Below, piece after piece: positions 14,501 to 29,829 of a stretch of 62,830 nucleotides of DNA (its first letter is position 1; each line of letters opens with the position of its first letter). Source of the DNA: Catajapyx aquilonaris (Eukaryota); the NCBI GenBank assembly GCA_000934665.2, contig KZ538547.1, positions 1-62,830 of the forward strand. The letters run 5' to 3'. A program made the position numbers and the translations under genes. The notes under the pieces are model-generated. The model did not search any database and was not told the DNA's origin. It was given only the letters and a program-made list of their open reading frames with translations.

Positions 14501-16447
14501 AGCCTGGGTAGTGCTGGATAGAGAAACGTATCTATCTACTACGCTGTGCCTGCCAGCCAAGGAAATGAGATTAACTCTTACGTGGCTTTAAACAGGAGAT
14601 TAGGTTGGCTTCGCGACACGAAGGAGCCAACGGCCCGTCTCTCTCTCTCAACTCTGGTCGCCATGACGACCCACCACAGGCGCCATTTTGCAAGGGAGGA
14701 GGGGAGGGATGAGCGACCCTTTGGCTCAGTGTCATGGGATAAGTTGCCATTTGTGCGGCTGAAAACTTCGAGTCCTAAATTGCCAGCGGAATGCAAAGTG
14801 AGGTAGGACTTGGCACCTGAGGGGTATAAGGAGATGTGCTCAGTGCTCTCCTGTTCGTGACCCTGTATATGGGGTCACGCCCAACACACAAGCATCGAGC
14901 AGTTGCAAGTGTTCAAATATCCCCCTACTCTAGAAAATCTGGAGCCAAGTTTTCGCCTAGTTTTAACCACCCAACCGGCGATTAATTACGAACTTTTGCT
15001 ATACAGTGCATTGCCTGGAACCCGAGGAAATAAATTCTCGAGCGAAACTTTCCGCCGTGTCTTTGAAAGAACGTCTGACGAAAACAAGAGAAGAGCAATT
15101 GGTTCTCCGGAACCATCTTTATTTCGGGCAGTCGGTCCCACCTGGCAAAACTCGGATGGACGAAAAAAAAAGTCTGAGCGAACTTTGATTGAGTCGCTGG
15201 GTTTGTGTGATGAGGTTGCTGCAGAATTAGAAGAACTTGAGAGATTCGATTCTGGAATCAATCTGTAGCAGGCAAGGGCCTTTCACCCTTATTTGACCTT
15301 GTTAGCGAGGTGGAAAGAATAAGGATGGGGTTGTGCCTTTCGCAGCCAAACGGATCAAATTGATTCACTACTATATGATCATCCTGGTCCAAATTTTGCA
15401 CTGTTTTGCTATCCAATTGCGACCCATCATATTCGTAATCGTGTATCACAATCGTATGCAATTTTTTGCCACACATTTCGTGGCAACAAATGAAATGCGT
15501 GGTTACAACCCCGCAAAGTTGGATTACTCACCGCAGCGATTGGAAATCCATTTATCTGGGGTCACTGAGAGATTTTCGATACAAATAATTTAGCTCTCCA
15601 GGGACAAGTGGTCTGCAACATCGACTCAAACAGGAATAACAAGCAAGTGCATTTGGGTATGGTCTACTATTACATCCAATCGAATAGTGTGGGCGAAGAC
15701 TCACCTATGGTGGTGATGAGCGTAAGAGAGTAGAGTAGGGAAGATGCAAAAGTCCAGTGATGCGACGGTTGAGGGCTGGTGCCCCCAACTCCTTGGATCC
15801 CAGTCCTCATGGCCCTGACGACGGACTCCTGGAAGCGCACCACCTCCTGCGTGGCCAGACGCGTCCAGTTTCGCTCGTACAGGATGTTCAGCCCCTCTGT
15901 GATGCTCCAGAGGCGCTCCACGGTGCGGTTCCTCAGCTGCGTCACATGCTCGGCAAAGGTACCGGTCGCCGCACCGTTGGACGTGGTCGCAGCAACGGCT
16001 GCTCCAGTGCCACGACCCCCAGAACCACTAGATTTTCCTTCGGAAGAGGAGGTGCTGCTGCCACCCGCGCCCACCACGCTCCCTACGACCACCTTCTCCA
16101 GCGACCCGCCGCTGTTAGACTCTTCTCCGCCGCCACCGATGCCACCGACGCTGCCCCCGCCGCCTTCCAACGCCAGGAACGCCAGTCCACCCAGCACCGT
16201 ATAAGCCACCACCTGAAATCATGTGTGTTGTCCTCATTCGCACCGGTGTCGCCCATACCATACTAACCAGGGCGCAAACACCGAGGTTTCCAAAGGCGGC
16301 GGAGGCGCACCGACGGCAGCAGCTGTGACAACGTCGTTCGCCAGGCGACGATGTTGAGCCCGACGACGACGGTGGTGGCTGTCGACCTCCCCTGCAGGTG
16401 GCAGCGTAGTCGGGGAAGGCCAGCGACGGCGGGCGCCGCGGGTCCAT
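11512..16447 (-). CDS. Two-pore-domain potassium channel (K2P, TWiK-like) paralog 1, ~490 aa; possible readthrough to 11011
   Basis: Exons 16447-16268, 16212-15705, 13360-13055, 12955-12776, 11810-11512; all GT-AG and frame-consistent. P1 'LYSLTLITTIG|YGSVTP', TM2 'GKLVTVLYALVGIPLMLLYL', P2 'FCFSALGTIGFGDLVPG', TM4 'YILVGMALIAMCFNLIQ'. Confidence 0.93.
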
Positions 16448-19400
16448 CTCCTGACGTCACGGGGTCCTGCGTCTCGTCTCCATACCTGCAATGGTCACAA
16501 AATTCATGAGAGGAAAACTGACAGTAATATTTGTCACCGTGTAATCCTGTCTCGCTGCTCTACTTTAATAAACAGCCTGAATGAATTCCATGATAAATCT
16601 CGTGTAAGCCTAGCAGTCCGGGCGTTGAATTTTCACGTTTACAGGATTAACTGTTGATTAATATCCGCTTTGATGTATCGAAGCACGGAGGACGGTTGCG
16701 AATAAATGACAAGGAATGTTTTTGCCTGAGAGAACCTAAAGCAAGGGAGAAGTCCGTCACACTCAATTACTTTTTTCACGACCGTAAGTCTCCAGTCCAA
16801 AACTTATCATACGTAACATCATTACTTGTAAATTAGGAAATAACGACACTGGAGGGCCCGTGCTTTCATTTTTGAGTAATTTCACAGGCGAGCGCTTTGA
16901 ATGCAGCTGTTTTCAATGTTCGCTGGAGGATATGCACTACTCTATAAATAGAGCAGTTTTTTTCTCAGTCTAATGAAAAATTCAAAGGAATAGTTTTTGC
17001 CGCTAATTGGACCGAGACAAACGCAACAACGTGGAAATAATAACTGTAAATGATTAAAATAGATGGTGAGGCAACATTAGTCATTATTGATTTGATATTA
17101 ATAGCAACTCGGTGAAAGCAAAAGTTTGAACATGACCGAAACCCAAACCCGCTTATTATTGAAACTACAGTTGCTCTTGAAAATGAATAATCAAAGTTTT
17201 CATACGCCTAAAGCAATCCTTAACAAAAACTGGGAGATAACAACAGATAAATTATACCTACTGTCTTAATTACCCCCAAGCACTTCCCAGCTTAGTCGTT
17301 GAAGGTCTAGGTTACAGTATACGCTAAAAGGTTCCGCTTACTTGCATATTTATCACCCCAGCTTGAAACTGAGCTTAATCCCACCAAGTTTTACTGTGCC
17401 CAGATTTAAAAAGGAAATTTAACTAGAACCCTCCAATAAAACCAGACACTCTCTGCAGCTGCGTGCAATCCCCCGGTCACTGCCCGGTATTCCCCTCCCA
17501 GCATGGACAGCGACATTTTAAATCCCAAGATCATGAAATGTTTCACCCATCACTTTTTCCCCTGAAATCCCATGTCCAGGATGTCCAGAGAGAACTCATT
17601 TCCCCGGACTGTCGGCGTCTCGTTAATCCGACGTGGTTGGAATAAGCTGGATGGTTAATCCGACTCATTTCTCGCAGCCGCCGCTTCGTCAATCAAAATA
17701 ATTGCCTCCGGGACAACAGAGCCAGCGTGTCATCCGTCAAACCCATCTGCGCCAACGTCGACTCAGCACCCCCAGATATGTACACTTTAACCTACAAACG
17801 TGCCTCTTTCCACTGGGGTTAATTGATGCTCTTTTCATTCACCATCCAAGCAGGATTGTCAAACATGTAGGATTCAACCCCCACCCAAAAAAAAATGAGG
17901 GGGTTGACAATCATGTCTGACAGTGTGTGACGTCCTGTTGACACACTGACGCCGGAAAGAGAGTTTAGGTTTCGCTTCCCAAACGCAATCAGCCCCAAGG
18001 TATATGCAGTGTACGGCTCAACTCACTTACAAAGCGAAACATTGGTCTGGATACTGGACACACTCGCATCATGAAATACCAGGGAAATTACGGTTCGATT
18101 GGAGTTTGAACAGATTATGGGAAAGGGTCTGGCAAATAACAAAACAAGTGCTGCAAATGCAGGTGACAATAATATGCACTATTATGCAAGCAAACAACTG
18201 GCGCGGGAACTATATACAAGGCCCAAATTGCCCAGTTCACTACCTGATGGGACTGGATCGCTCTGAATTAACCATCGGTAGCATTCCGGGAGGTGCACTA
18301 CACTACAGGGTGGCCCTTATACAGGGTGCCCTCAAAATTCTCGAGAGGCATTGCCGCAACCACATCACGGGTACTACCGTGGTAGGGGTAGATTATTCAC
18401 AGGTGACATGGCTATGTTTCACTAGAGACGCCAAGTCGAGGGTCTCTGATTGGCCGGCCTTTGTTGGGCGGAGAAAATGGCGCCCTCGCAGCTGGAATGG
18501 GTGGCTGGGGAGCCGTCCGCTTCAAGAAGACCTTCCAAGACGACACTTAATTGTTTTATGTTCCCGAACCGGATTGCTGAACTTGCGGAGGGAGGTCGGA
18601 ACGGGGGATGGAAACCCTTGCATCAATATGACTTGCTCATACATAATTTACGGACCTATCTTTAGAATCTGTATCGCCATTTCTGGATGGGTTGGGAAAA
18701 CCATGGGCCATATTGCAGCAGCCTTGATTCTAAACATGTTAACAACTTTTGATTAAACGTGGGGTGTGCAGAATTAACCAACGATTCGTATGCAGGGTGT
18801 GTCTTTCATAGGCACGGTCTGTCAATAGCTTATATCTATGCCTAATCATTGAGGCAGATGCTTCCAGGCTATAGGTTGCGCTCTATTCCTTCAACTTCTA
18901 TGTAAGGAGACAACTAAAACACCCACATAATGACAACATAAGCTTACAAACATAAGCTACACTCAAAATTAATTGTGGAGAGTAAAAGTAGCAGCCCCAT
19001 TAGGCCATGATTACATATATAGGTAGTCACGTTTTGTTCAAAAATGCTGAATGTGTACTGCCGCCTAAGCTTTCATAAAGTAGATTACGTCCCATGCCCC
19101 CGAGTAATTAATCTCGTAATTTTTGCACAAACTGCACTGGCATAAAAAGCAGTGTTTTTTGCAAGGTGTTCCTTTCTCTCTCACAGGCCTACTTTTTTTT
19201 CAAACGGTTTTGTGCCAGGCCGGAAAGTGCGTTTGGTATTTCTTTGATCCAAGCTTCACGGGTGAACCGGGTCACTTGGGACATATCCCAACAGCTCCAT
19301 TGCTCAAGCGTGATAACGTCACATTTTCTCCTAGACAGTGACATCATCACGCTTGAACAAACAGAACGGGCTGTTGGATTGCCTCAGTCGCCTGTGAGTC

Positions 19401-22400
19401 TTGGACGAGTAAAACAAACGCAACTTCAACTGACGGCCATTTTTGATTTAAAAAACGGATGGTTCAAAGTCCTTATGTGAACAGTACCAAATATTTTAAA
19501 CAAGCTAGGAACAGGAAGTACAAAGCCAACCACATATAAGAACATCTAGTTGTACATTGTAATAGTCATAGCCCGCAGCTAGATCGAGCTGGTCAGAGCA
19601 TTGCATACTGCATAACTATATGGAAGATGTAAAGGGTCTATACTCTCATTTTGCATAAAGAACATGTCAAAAAAAACGTACAAAGGGAGTCATTAGTACT
19701 GTACAGTACAACCTACTGTACAGTGCTTTCATCCTGGGTTGTACGCAACCGCACCCTTGTCTTACGTGCAGTCTAACAGACAGGATTAACAGTTCGTTGT
19801 AAAGGAGTTCTTATCAAGGAGTTCTGCCAGTAAAATGTACAGTACCGTTCATAAAGAATCATACAAAAAAAATCGGCCTTTGGCACTTTATTTCTGAAAT
19901 TTCGTTACCCATTTTAGAACAAAGTTAGCAGTAAGTTCGCTATGTATCCTGCCCCCCAAGTTTTTCAAAAGGCGAGTTTAAAACACTGGCAAGCCCTTCA
20001 GGAATAGAACATAGCAACTAAACTAATCTATCCCGCAGCGGCGGATCTGTTTGTGCAATGTACACACAAAACTCTTCAATTACTTCTGCGCCAGGCCCTT
20101 ATTCAACCCAATTTAACTTGGGAGTTGGAAAGTTTCCTGCACATATCCGAAACCCCATACAGCAGCCACGAGAGTGCTGGAATGGTCATGGCAGAAGTAA
20201 AAAAAGAAAGAAAAAAGAAAAAAAACTATAGGAAGACTCCAAATGCTGCTTTACTCCTCTGGTTTGAGACCCCCTTTTTCCCTTCCCAATCCTCCTCTAG
20301 CAGACCGCCTGTTTGCCAAAAGTCGTAGATCCACTTAACTTTGTTTGCTTCTGGCGAGGCGAGTCGGAAGCGCCTCTTCGCTTTCTCCTTTTACCTCCTA
20401 GTACACTCACTACAAAAATTTCAAAAAAGGGGGTTGACCCAACCCCAATTTTTTTTGGGTCCCAAAAAATCCGCATTGAATTTTAGTCCCAAACACCATC
20501 GGAAGCGACTTTTTCATTCGGCTGCTCCTCGATGGGTTTTCAGCCATCCAATTGGACCGTGCTCGACCGTGTGTGTATGTGTGTGTCAAAGAGCCAGCCG
20601 CGTTCACACTTTGCTTGCCGGTCATTAACGTGTCCTGTGCCCTGGGTCCCCAGTCCCATTTCCGACTCCAGGATGGTCCCAGAGGACTGTCCTGGGACCA
20701 GGAGAGGCCAACACAGGCTGAGAGACAGGGGGGGTGTTGCCAAGGCGACCGGAACACGGTTAGGAATGAAATCATAATGACGTAATAAGGGGCCACTGTG
20801 GGTTGGTAGTCATGGCGACCCCCGCGGATTTACGACTGGTGTGGTGGCCAGGAGGCGCTGATGTTTGTCTAATTATTTCGAGGTTTCTGCCAGAATCGGA
20901 CAGAATTATGGCTTGTTTGGGGGTTCCATGTTGATTTTAAAAGGAACCATAATTTGTAATTGGCAGGAATATTTTGAGCAAAAATTCTTCTGCGTCCACA
21001 ACTGTCGCGTACATCCCCCTCGAGTCCTCCTGGCGATTGATTAATGCTGTATTATTGCTGCCCTTGTTAGTTCAAAATCCCCAACTGGAAGACTTGTGCG
21101 CATACACTCAGGAAGAGAGGGGAGAGCTGAGGACCTAATCGATGGGGATATAATCATCTCCCACTAAACTCCACCATACGAACTGTAGCGCTTCCTTGCC
21201 CAAGAACCCCACCCCAAAAGATCAAAAGGAACCAAAATTGGCCCAGAGGCGCAATTTATTTACTTATTAACTACGATTAACAAGATCGCATCCAATCAAA
21301 AATTCAGTATCAAAATAATTGCTTATGGCATACTTCAATTTATGTGGGGTAACAATACGGATTTTAACAATGTAAATATTTATCGGCCGGTGTACAGTAC
21401 AACCACAGTGTACGGGTGCGCTCACTCTAAAAACCACTCGAATAGTATTGCGAACAAGGTGATTGCCCTCCGCCATGTTGGAGCTGAGACGTTGCTGTTT
21501 TGCGCATGCAACAATCAGTGTTTCGATTACTCTGTTGAAGGTATCGCACCCGAAACAATTTTAGTTGCTATTGATAACCACCATCATTTTAAGAGCATAA
21601 AAGATATGACATACCTCCAGTTGTGGGTTCAAAATCCCACCCCACAGCTTCCCATTGGGTCCATGTTGCCACTTTTCTGGTTCCGGTGTGTTGTCCCGCA
21701 GGTGTTTCCACAGTCCTTTTATCCCTTTCAGAGTGTTGGTTGGTAACCTCGTTCCTCCTCATCCTCCATCGTCATCCTCGTATTTTTCAAGGATTGGGTG
21801 TGTGCCTTGGGGACAAACTTTCCGGGGGAGGTCCCTAGTTGTCTTCCTCCGGCTCTTGGCTCTCGGAGGCGCCCACTGCGGCAGCCCGGAGAGCCCCTTT
21901 CTCCCGGAACCAATCGATCCGGAGGACTCCAGCCCGCCAGAGTCACCTAGCGAGAGACATGCTCACACCCACACTATTATACATACATACGAGTACACCT
22001 TTTTTTTCATATACAGAGAGAGAGATGAGGGGGAGATCAGTTGTATGGTACATGTGTCATATTACTTATGGGCGATTGCATTATGGGAGGTGGTTTCAGT
22101 GGTAGAAAGGTGTTGCTGCTTCAATGCTTTCAACTGGCCATTAGCGATCATTTGCCCTAATGCTGGGTTTGCACATACTGAAATTCAGGGTGGAAAATGA
22201 GAGTTGGCAAATAGGGAAGTGAGAACAGCCAAGTCCATTAATCGCAGATTGCATGAGAAGGCAAAATAGTTTGTTGAAAGCATCTTTTTTGTTGATCCGT
22301 ATACTGACATCGTGACTGGACAGCTTGGTGATGTGTTTGTAGGGTTAGAATTTTAAAAATTGGGTAGTTTTTCTTTAGTTGGTGTAAATGCCAGTACAAC

Positions 22401-24602
22401 ACGTTTCATTGTCACAATGCTTCTAAAAGCAGACGTTGCTGCGGTATGTTTGCATTTAATTTTAAACAGTTACTGCATATTATAACGAGAATTCGCCACT
22501 GTACACACCCCGAATATTTACCTTTGGTCATCTTGTTGCTCTTGAATTAGCTCGGTAAATATAACGTTCTCACATTATTAGCAACTGCGTAGGTACGAGC
22601 AAAATGACATATTTTTAAATATTGTGTTCCGGGTGCACCAAGTAGCACATTTTCATTAATATCCAGCACCAATCTCGTGCATTTGTACCCTTTTGCTACA
22701 ACTAATTCATATTCAGACACATTACCTTTATATGGCGCTCCTTTAATGAATGGCAAAGAAGCCCTCAGTATGAATCAGATATAACTAGACCCCCCCCCCC
22801 CCTCCATCTCATCCCCTTTCCTTCCACCGGCCCACAGAACTCCTTCAAGTTTGACCCAATTTGGAGACCAATAATGCACATATCAAATGACGACGTCGAC
22901 GAATTTAGGTGTAGCATCTTCCAGCAAAAGTTTCGAGACCCGACGATCCGCAGTGCTGCTCTTATCGTACGACTATAGGTTGAAACTCCAGAAAAAACAC
23001 TAGACGTAAGCCTATATAGCTACGTGCTTGTGCAACAACTCTCAAAAAGTCCTTCAAACGCACCGTAGGTATCGTTGGACAGTGCAGTACATCTCGAGAG
23101 GACGGGCTCAGTGATTACTAAGTACGGGGATGTGGTTTAGTTGCTCGGCAACGGGTAGTGAAGTCTTGCTGTGGTTATAGCCTGAAGTTTTATAGACATA
23201 CCAAGGGAAAAGATGTCCCTATAGGCAACAGACATTGAGCTCGCACAAATTGATGGTAATTAAAATTTTGTGACTGGAATGTTGATTACCTCCTAGAAAG
23301 GTTCAACCACTTATCTGCTATAGCGTCAGTACTTTCTGGAAGCAAAAACGTTGTTTTGCCACATGACACAAGAATGTCTTACTGCATATCGGCGTCCTTT
23401 AGCCAATTATTGTTTTAGCATTCCTTTTTTCTCAATTGCACATGTAACGTCAAGCCCTCTTTCCTGAGGAACATTATGTTCATGTACATGTGAACCTTTC
23501 ATCAAGTTTGATATTATCACAATAACTTTCATCTATGCAGTACTGTATACACATTCCATAGCGAATGTGCTCAAATTGCTCCCATTTTCTTTCATAATAC
23601 AGTATGTGGTTGACCATTGTTGCAACACCATGTCTGCTCCAGGGTAGTTCCAATAGCCATTAAAATTCTAATGAAAATTTAATGCCGCTCCCAAAATTCA
23701 AATAAAACTTCTTTCCGCTCCTTTCATATACTACAGTGTAAACAATTACACACGCTATACTGTAACTTCTCCATATATAAAAGAGCAAGGAATAAGTTAT
23801 ACCCAGCGACTTTTCAACCGGATTGCGTTCTCCCGGCACCGTTTCGCATTAATACCTGTCGTGGTCTAGGTCCCGGAAGTGGGCCATAAATTAAAACGTG
23901 AACTTCAGCACCTAGTCAGAGTTCATTTTTCCCCCGCCACCCCCTCAATCTGGCGACCAAGTTCCCAAGCAAGCATTTTCATTTGCGCTGATGAATTCTT
24001 CCCGAGTTAGTCTGGGCCCCTGTATAAAAAAAAAGAAGCCATTCATCCTTAGTAAAAAGGCCTCAACACAGAGAGAGGACGAGCGCCTGTCAACAACGCC
24101 TCCCCCGCTCCCATACCCATATCCCCCCCCCTTTAAAAAAAAAGGTTACCATAGCGACCCCAGGAACAGTGTTCCCAGATGGCGCGAACCTTTCCTTGGG
24201 CCGCTCGCGAAAACCTCCAGCCCCCACCTTCCTAACCATAGTCTCAAGATCGATCTTGTGCTAAAAAGGCCTTTCCTAGCTATTCTGTTAGTATAGCACT
24301 TGATGTCGCTGCTCTTTCCGATGCATCTGAAAAACTTGGGAGATTGCTGCTGGGAATGGGGCCTCTCTCTAGGGGTGTGTGGGGACCATTAAAATATTTG
24401 GGTATCAATTTTGTAGCTGCTGGACCGTACGAAAACGCTTAATTTGACGCCAGCTCCTAATGCAAGGAAAATTTGTATAAATAATTATCTAACACTGGGG
24501 GTGTAACAAGTGCTCAAACAGTGTATTGTATAATACACACCCTCGAACAATTTTACAGTAAAAACATGTCTGACAAAAAAGTTTTTCAAATGCTAATACG
24601 GG

Positions 24603-27234
24603 TCACGATTCTTCCTCGGCTTTTCCGCCACATCCGCACCTCCGTCCGCAAGCCCGCACCTTGCTAACCACCTGTTCTTGCATCAGGTTAAAGCACATGG
24701 CTATCAGTGCCATGCCCAGCATAAGGTATATGGAGCAGAAGACAAAACTTATCTCGATCGAATCCTTGGAGTGGAAGTTGGATCCAGGCACCAGGTCACC
24801 GAACCCTATGGTGCTAAGGCTGATGAAACAAAAGTATGATCCGTCCAGGACGTCCCAGCTGGTCTCCCAAAGTCTGAACATTTCGGCACCGCCGTACACA
24901 AACGAAGCCATCAATCCTAGACACAAGGAAATGGGTACTGTCACATTCTGAGTGTCGTCCTCTTCCTCCTCTTCTCCGCCACCTCCTTCACCTTCTTCTA
25001 CAGTACCTTCTTCCCAAGCTTCCCATACCTGCAACGTACCATTAAAGCACTTTATTTACTGTACTTTCAGCTTATGCAAGCGGAAAGTCCAGCACTCAAG
25101 ACGGCTCCTACTTTCTTTTGTGAAAAGTCTGACTTGTTTGGGAGCTAGTAAATAGGGTGCAACGTTTTCTGGTGCAGTGCAGCAAAATAATGCCCAGAAA
25201 GTTACCTCTCCTGTAGTTGCCTTGTCGCCAACTTCTTTGGCATCAGGCGGTGGCCCCGTTGGGGGAGGCAGACGACGTCGACGCCACCGACATTGACAGC
25301 AACGAGCGTACATCCATTTAAAGGAGGTCGCCAAAACGTCACCGACGTTGGACATGTACAGCAAAAAGAGAGGCATCCCAGCGATGCCGTACAGAATCGT
25401 CACCACCTTTCCCCAAGCAGTTCTTGGAGTAATGTTGCCATAACCTGCAATGTTTAAATACACGACCATCATCTTTGTCGTCTGTTACTCTACCATAAGC
25501 CTTAGCCTGCTCAAAGAAGCTTGTCTTCCTATTGATATATTTTTCCGCTGCTCTGGAGGATTAAGGTTTCGGGAAAAGAAACGGCTGTGGCCTATTTTGT
25601 GAGGAAATGTCATACGCCTTGACTTTCCAGGGAAAGAAACATATATTTTAGCCCAGTTACATACCGCTGATTATAATATGCAAATATTTAGCCATGGCCT
25701 GTAGTGTTGGGCACAAATTGTGAACTCAAACTCATTAGATTTTTAAGCAACTTCCAGCCGCTAGTAAACAGTTACTCCTGCGTGAAATCAATCCTAACAA
25801 GTAACAACCTAGTAAATCTCGTTCCCCCACTACCCGGAAGACCTAATCCGGGCTAATTATTTACTATTGTCAACACTAATCCCAGCTAATTATTTTTCCC
25901 CTCTGGCCCGGATGACGTAAGCTGATGATCGAGCCCTCGTTCAGAGACTAAGTATAATTAATTACTTTATAAACCAGTGCAAATCCTCTTAACCTCTCAG
26001 GATCGCTAATGCAATCTTATCTCTCTTTTGAGAGAGACTCTAGGAAAAAATAGTTTCTCCCCACAAGCTGTATAGCAGAGACCCTCGCCACAAAGTATGG
26101 ATTTGCCCCTAGACGAGAGATCTCCCTTTAATGAGGTTCCAGCACTGGATTTCCCAGCCAGGTCCCTCCCCCTAGAGACTATTTATCCACATATCACCAT
26201 TTCGCGCCAGGTTTACCCAGGGCTAGACTTTGCTATCGAGGACAATCCCTCATATTGTAACTAAGGCTCGTTGCAGCTGGGAAGTGCCAAATTGTACACA
26301 AAAAAGCAGCATCTGGGCCATAAAAAGGCTTGGCTCCTATGAGACTCTGGGGAGGAGCTGATAACAAAAAATGTAGTTAACGCCAGAGCAGGGGCAATGC
26401 AGTTGCACGCGCCTGTTTCGTCAGGCCTGGTTTTTAAGGTGTGCTTCATATTCAATGTGTTTTAGAATAATGGAGCTGTCGTTGACATTGTGGTCTGTAG
26501 GGTGCGGCAGCTGCAGCTTGACGCCCTGATTGTGACAAAGGAGGGGCCAAGTTCAGCTCAGTCGAGGGAAAGCACTCTCAAAATCAGGCGACGGCTATTT
26601 TACATTTTTAAAATGAAAAAAAAAACTTTTTTCATTTTAAAAATGTAAAATAATCCAGGGGCAACAAAACAGCTAAGTAAAAGTGAGCGGATAACAAAAA
26701 TAACAAAATAACAAGAAAGAGGATATTAAATTTACCAATGGTGGTAATGACAGTGAGCGAGTAGAGAAATGCAGCGCTGATTGGCCACGTCCCGTTGGAC
26801 TCCATGTCACCTTCAATGATGTGATCTTGGGCCTCTTTGACCACAGTGTAGCTATAATTTTTGACCTCCTCCTCAGCCGTTTCAGTCCAATTTTGTTTTT
26901 CGAACACATTAACGTCCATTGTTAACTGCCACAGGATGTCGATGACTTGCTGTCTGCGGAGATCCACCCTCCCTTTTGCCAGTCGAGCCTCGTCAGCAGC
27001 CTCCCTGGATGCCACGTCTTCTATGGCTTGGAACATGAATGCACCTGCGATGGTGTAGCCGACCACTAGCACACACACGCCCACGTGGCTAAACAGGAAG
27101 GCGGTCAGTGCACGGGCACAGTCCTTCAAACGACGCCAGCACAAACGCTCCTCTTCCTCGTCGTCTGAGTACTCTTCTTCCCAGGTCTCCTCTTCTACGT
27201 AGTAGGGGTCTCTTCTGTGGGAAGACCGGTCCAT
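24603..27234 (-). CDS. Two-pore-domain potassium channel (K2P, TWiK-like) paralog 2, ~387 aa
   Basis: Exons 27234-26736, 25444-25206, 25028-24603 (GT-AG, in frame). TM1 'FLFSHVGVCVLVVGY', P1 'YSLTVITTIG|YGNITP', P2 'FISLSTIGFGDLVPG', TM4 'YLMLGMALIAMCFNLMQE'. Confidence 0.93.
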
Positions 27235-29829
27235 CTTCTGTCAACATTAGGTGCAGAGCTTGGTTCAGCTTGGTGGTCTTTTCAGGCCTGAAAGGAAGTT
27301 CATGGTGTTGTATAGAGCACAAGTAAGGATGAGTCACTCTAACTCAGTCAATGACCTATCAGAAATATATCCGGCTCAGCGACTCTGTAGAAGGTGCATC
27401 TAGCGTTCCAAAACTACAGGAGAAAATCCTTTCACCAATGGAACCGGAACGAAGTACTTCATGTGGAATCCCCGCTTTCAGGAAAATCTCAAACCAACTA
27501 CTCGTTAGCGACGATGAAGAAATATCCCTAAAGCATGAGAATGTAAGCAATCTACGCATTCCGCAGCCCTCCTTCATTCGGTCATACGATGGAAACCCTC
27601 TTACAGTCAAGTCATGACAGAACGAACAAGATGAAAGCATTGTTGCATATTCACATAACAGCAATGCATCTTGAAACAGTCGGTAGGCAGATTGTATCCA
27701 AACTTCCAGAATATCTGATTTTGAAACGATTCGGGTGACAACCTGGGGATAGTTTTGCGAACTCTTGTACTGAGGCATATTAAATTCGTATCCAGAATTA
27801 TTTACGGAAGTAAGATAAAATAATTCTACCAAACTGCCGCTGTATACTGTACAGCTGCACAACAGTCTTTGTGAATATCATGAATACACATGAACTGCAC
27901 GATGCCGTTCGTTCCGCGCTATTCTTTAAAAATCAGCAAAATATCGTATATCCATCACAGCAGTCAAAAATGAAGACAAACTCAGGTATACACGACAGCT
28001 TAAGAAAAATTGCTTGCTCTAGCACTGTCACCACTTTGAGATGCCACTGCACTTGTAATATTGGTTGATTTATTGCTATTCTACCCCACTTGGAAGGGGC
28101 GGCCGCAATATAACACAATCCCCAACCTTCTTCGCTTCTTTGCACAATACTCTACAGTATCACTAGACAGCCCATAATAACACAGTGTCACAATAAAATA
28201 CTGTAATCGCAAGACAACCGCCTTTTCTCCTTAAAAAAATCCAACACCCAGGCAACTAGGCCACATTTGGCCCGCCTCTCAAGTCCCCAGCCCAATTATT
28301 CCCCACCCCTCAACTTCTCAAACGCATCTATTGCAAAATGCAGCAAGAGAGACGTCAAGGGTGCTGGGTCGTGCATGTGGGAAGAGGCAACTCTATGGAT
28401 GTGGCCCTGTAAAAGCCCATTTGCGGGCGCATTAGAGAGGAAAAGCCTTGGCGGCCATATCTTTTTTTGCACCCCCTTTTTCTCCCCCTTTTTCTCCCCC
28501 TTTTTCACCCCCTTTTGCCAGCATCTCTCCCTTTTGCAGTGTGATAGGTCGAGGAAGGAGGCAGCGCAATCCTTCTCAATTCCTCCGGACTTACCCGGAA
28601 AATCCTTGCAGCTGTGGTTGAGGCCTGGAAGAAAACATAACCGTTCTGGCAGCGAGTGTATATAGTGTGTGCTGCGTAGGAGGGATAGGCCCAAGTTGGA
28701 AAGTCTTTGGCAAGCGATGGTGGGAATGGGGCCTCCCCATGTAAGAGGCGGAAATTGAAGCGGACCCCTCGGCCATCACATCTGGCTCTATGTTCTCGCT
28801 TGGGTTCAATGGTCCAGATCAACCCAACTGCTTCTCTCCAGCCTCTATTCACGTCCAAAACTTTGTCCAGATGGAAAATAGTGTACCTCGTTACCGTTTC
28901 GACCCCCTCCAAAATGGGGATCTTTACCGCCCTGAAATTTCTCTTTTGTCACCTCAACTCGGCATTTTACAATGTCGTCGGTATGGCCATAGCACGGCGG
29001 GGGTTTATATGGGTCCCCAAAATTTTCATCAAAACGCGTTCAGGAGATTCCCTGGAATATTCCAGCATTTAATTTGTATACGCTTCTTTCTGCTGTACGC
29101 CATTAAAATGACCAACGACCAAATGCTTAATATCTCCAAAGGCTTACTCGTGACCTACTGCTTCCAACACTGAGCGAACCTGCAACGCCAAAACACATCT
29201 AAAAGCACGTCCTCAGGCCCAGTTTACACGGAAAATTTTGACCGTGTAATTCCACTTAGAGCCACTGCCAGTCCTACAAAAAAAAAATCCCGAATTTTCC
29301 CTGAAATTAACGAGCGATTAAAGAGCACGTGAGAGTACTCATATCCGGAGCGTCACACGTTTGAACGAATTTCCTATTGCCCGGCATAGCGGAGCATGCT
29401 TTATCGGCGCAGAGGTCCCAAGTGGCTTTTAAGAGGGTGAAAATGAAGAGTTAATCGTATGAATCAAGTAGGGTGTGTGTGAGTGTATTTGCGAGTTTCT
29501 AGACCAGCAGCGTGCAGAGAGGCGCAGAAGGCCTGGAGCCTGATTAATAATGGAAGTCTTCGGATCGATGCCCGTCTCCTGTCGACCAAAGACTCCGCTC
29601 CAGAACAGAAGGCTCGCAAGTGCCCAAGAAAAAGGCCAGCTAGCCACTAGGAAATTGCATTTTTTGGGGAAAAAAAGGTTCTCTCTACTACTGCCACGGT
29701 TTTCATTTCGTTCCTGCACCACTCGGTTGCGCAAAACTCATGGAGAACAAAGAACAGTCACGTCATATGCGTGCAGGTAAATTCTGTACAAGTAACTTAT
29801 ATGCTCTTGACCGTGTATATTTATAATAA

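Noticed and set aside
18004..18756. 250-aa plus-strand ORF
   Set aside because: No motif or family recognised. It lies upstream of K2P-1 and contains tacagggtg transposon-end-like fragments; likely a chance ORF.
24603..24605. TGA-C stop of K2P paralog 2 as another readthrough site
   Set aside because: Downstream sequence is immediately AT-rich and the short open frame is not protein-like.
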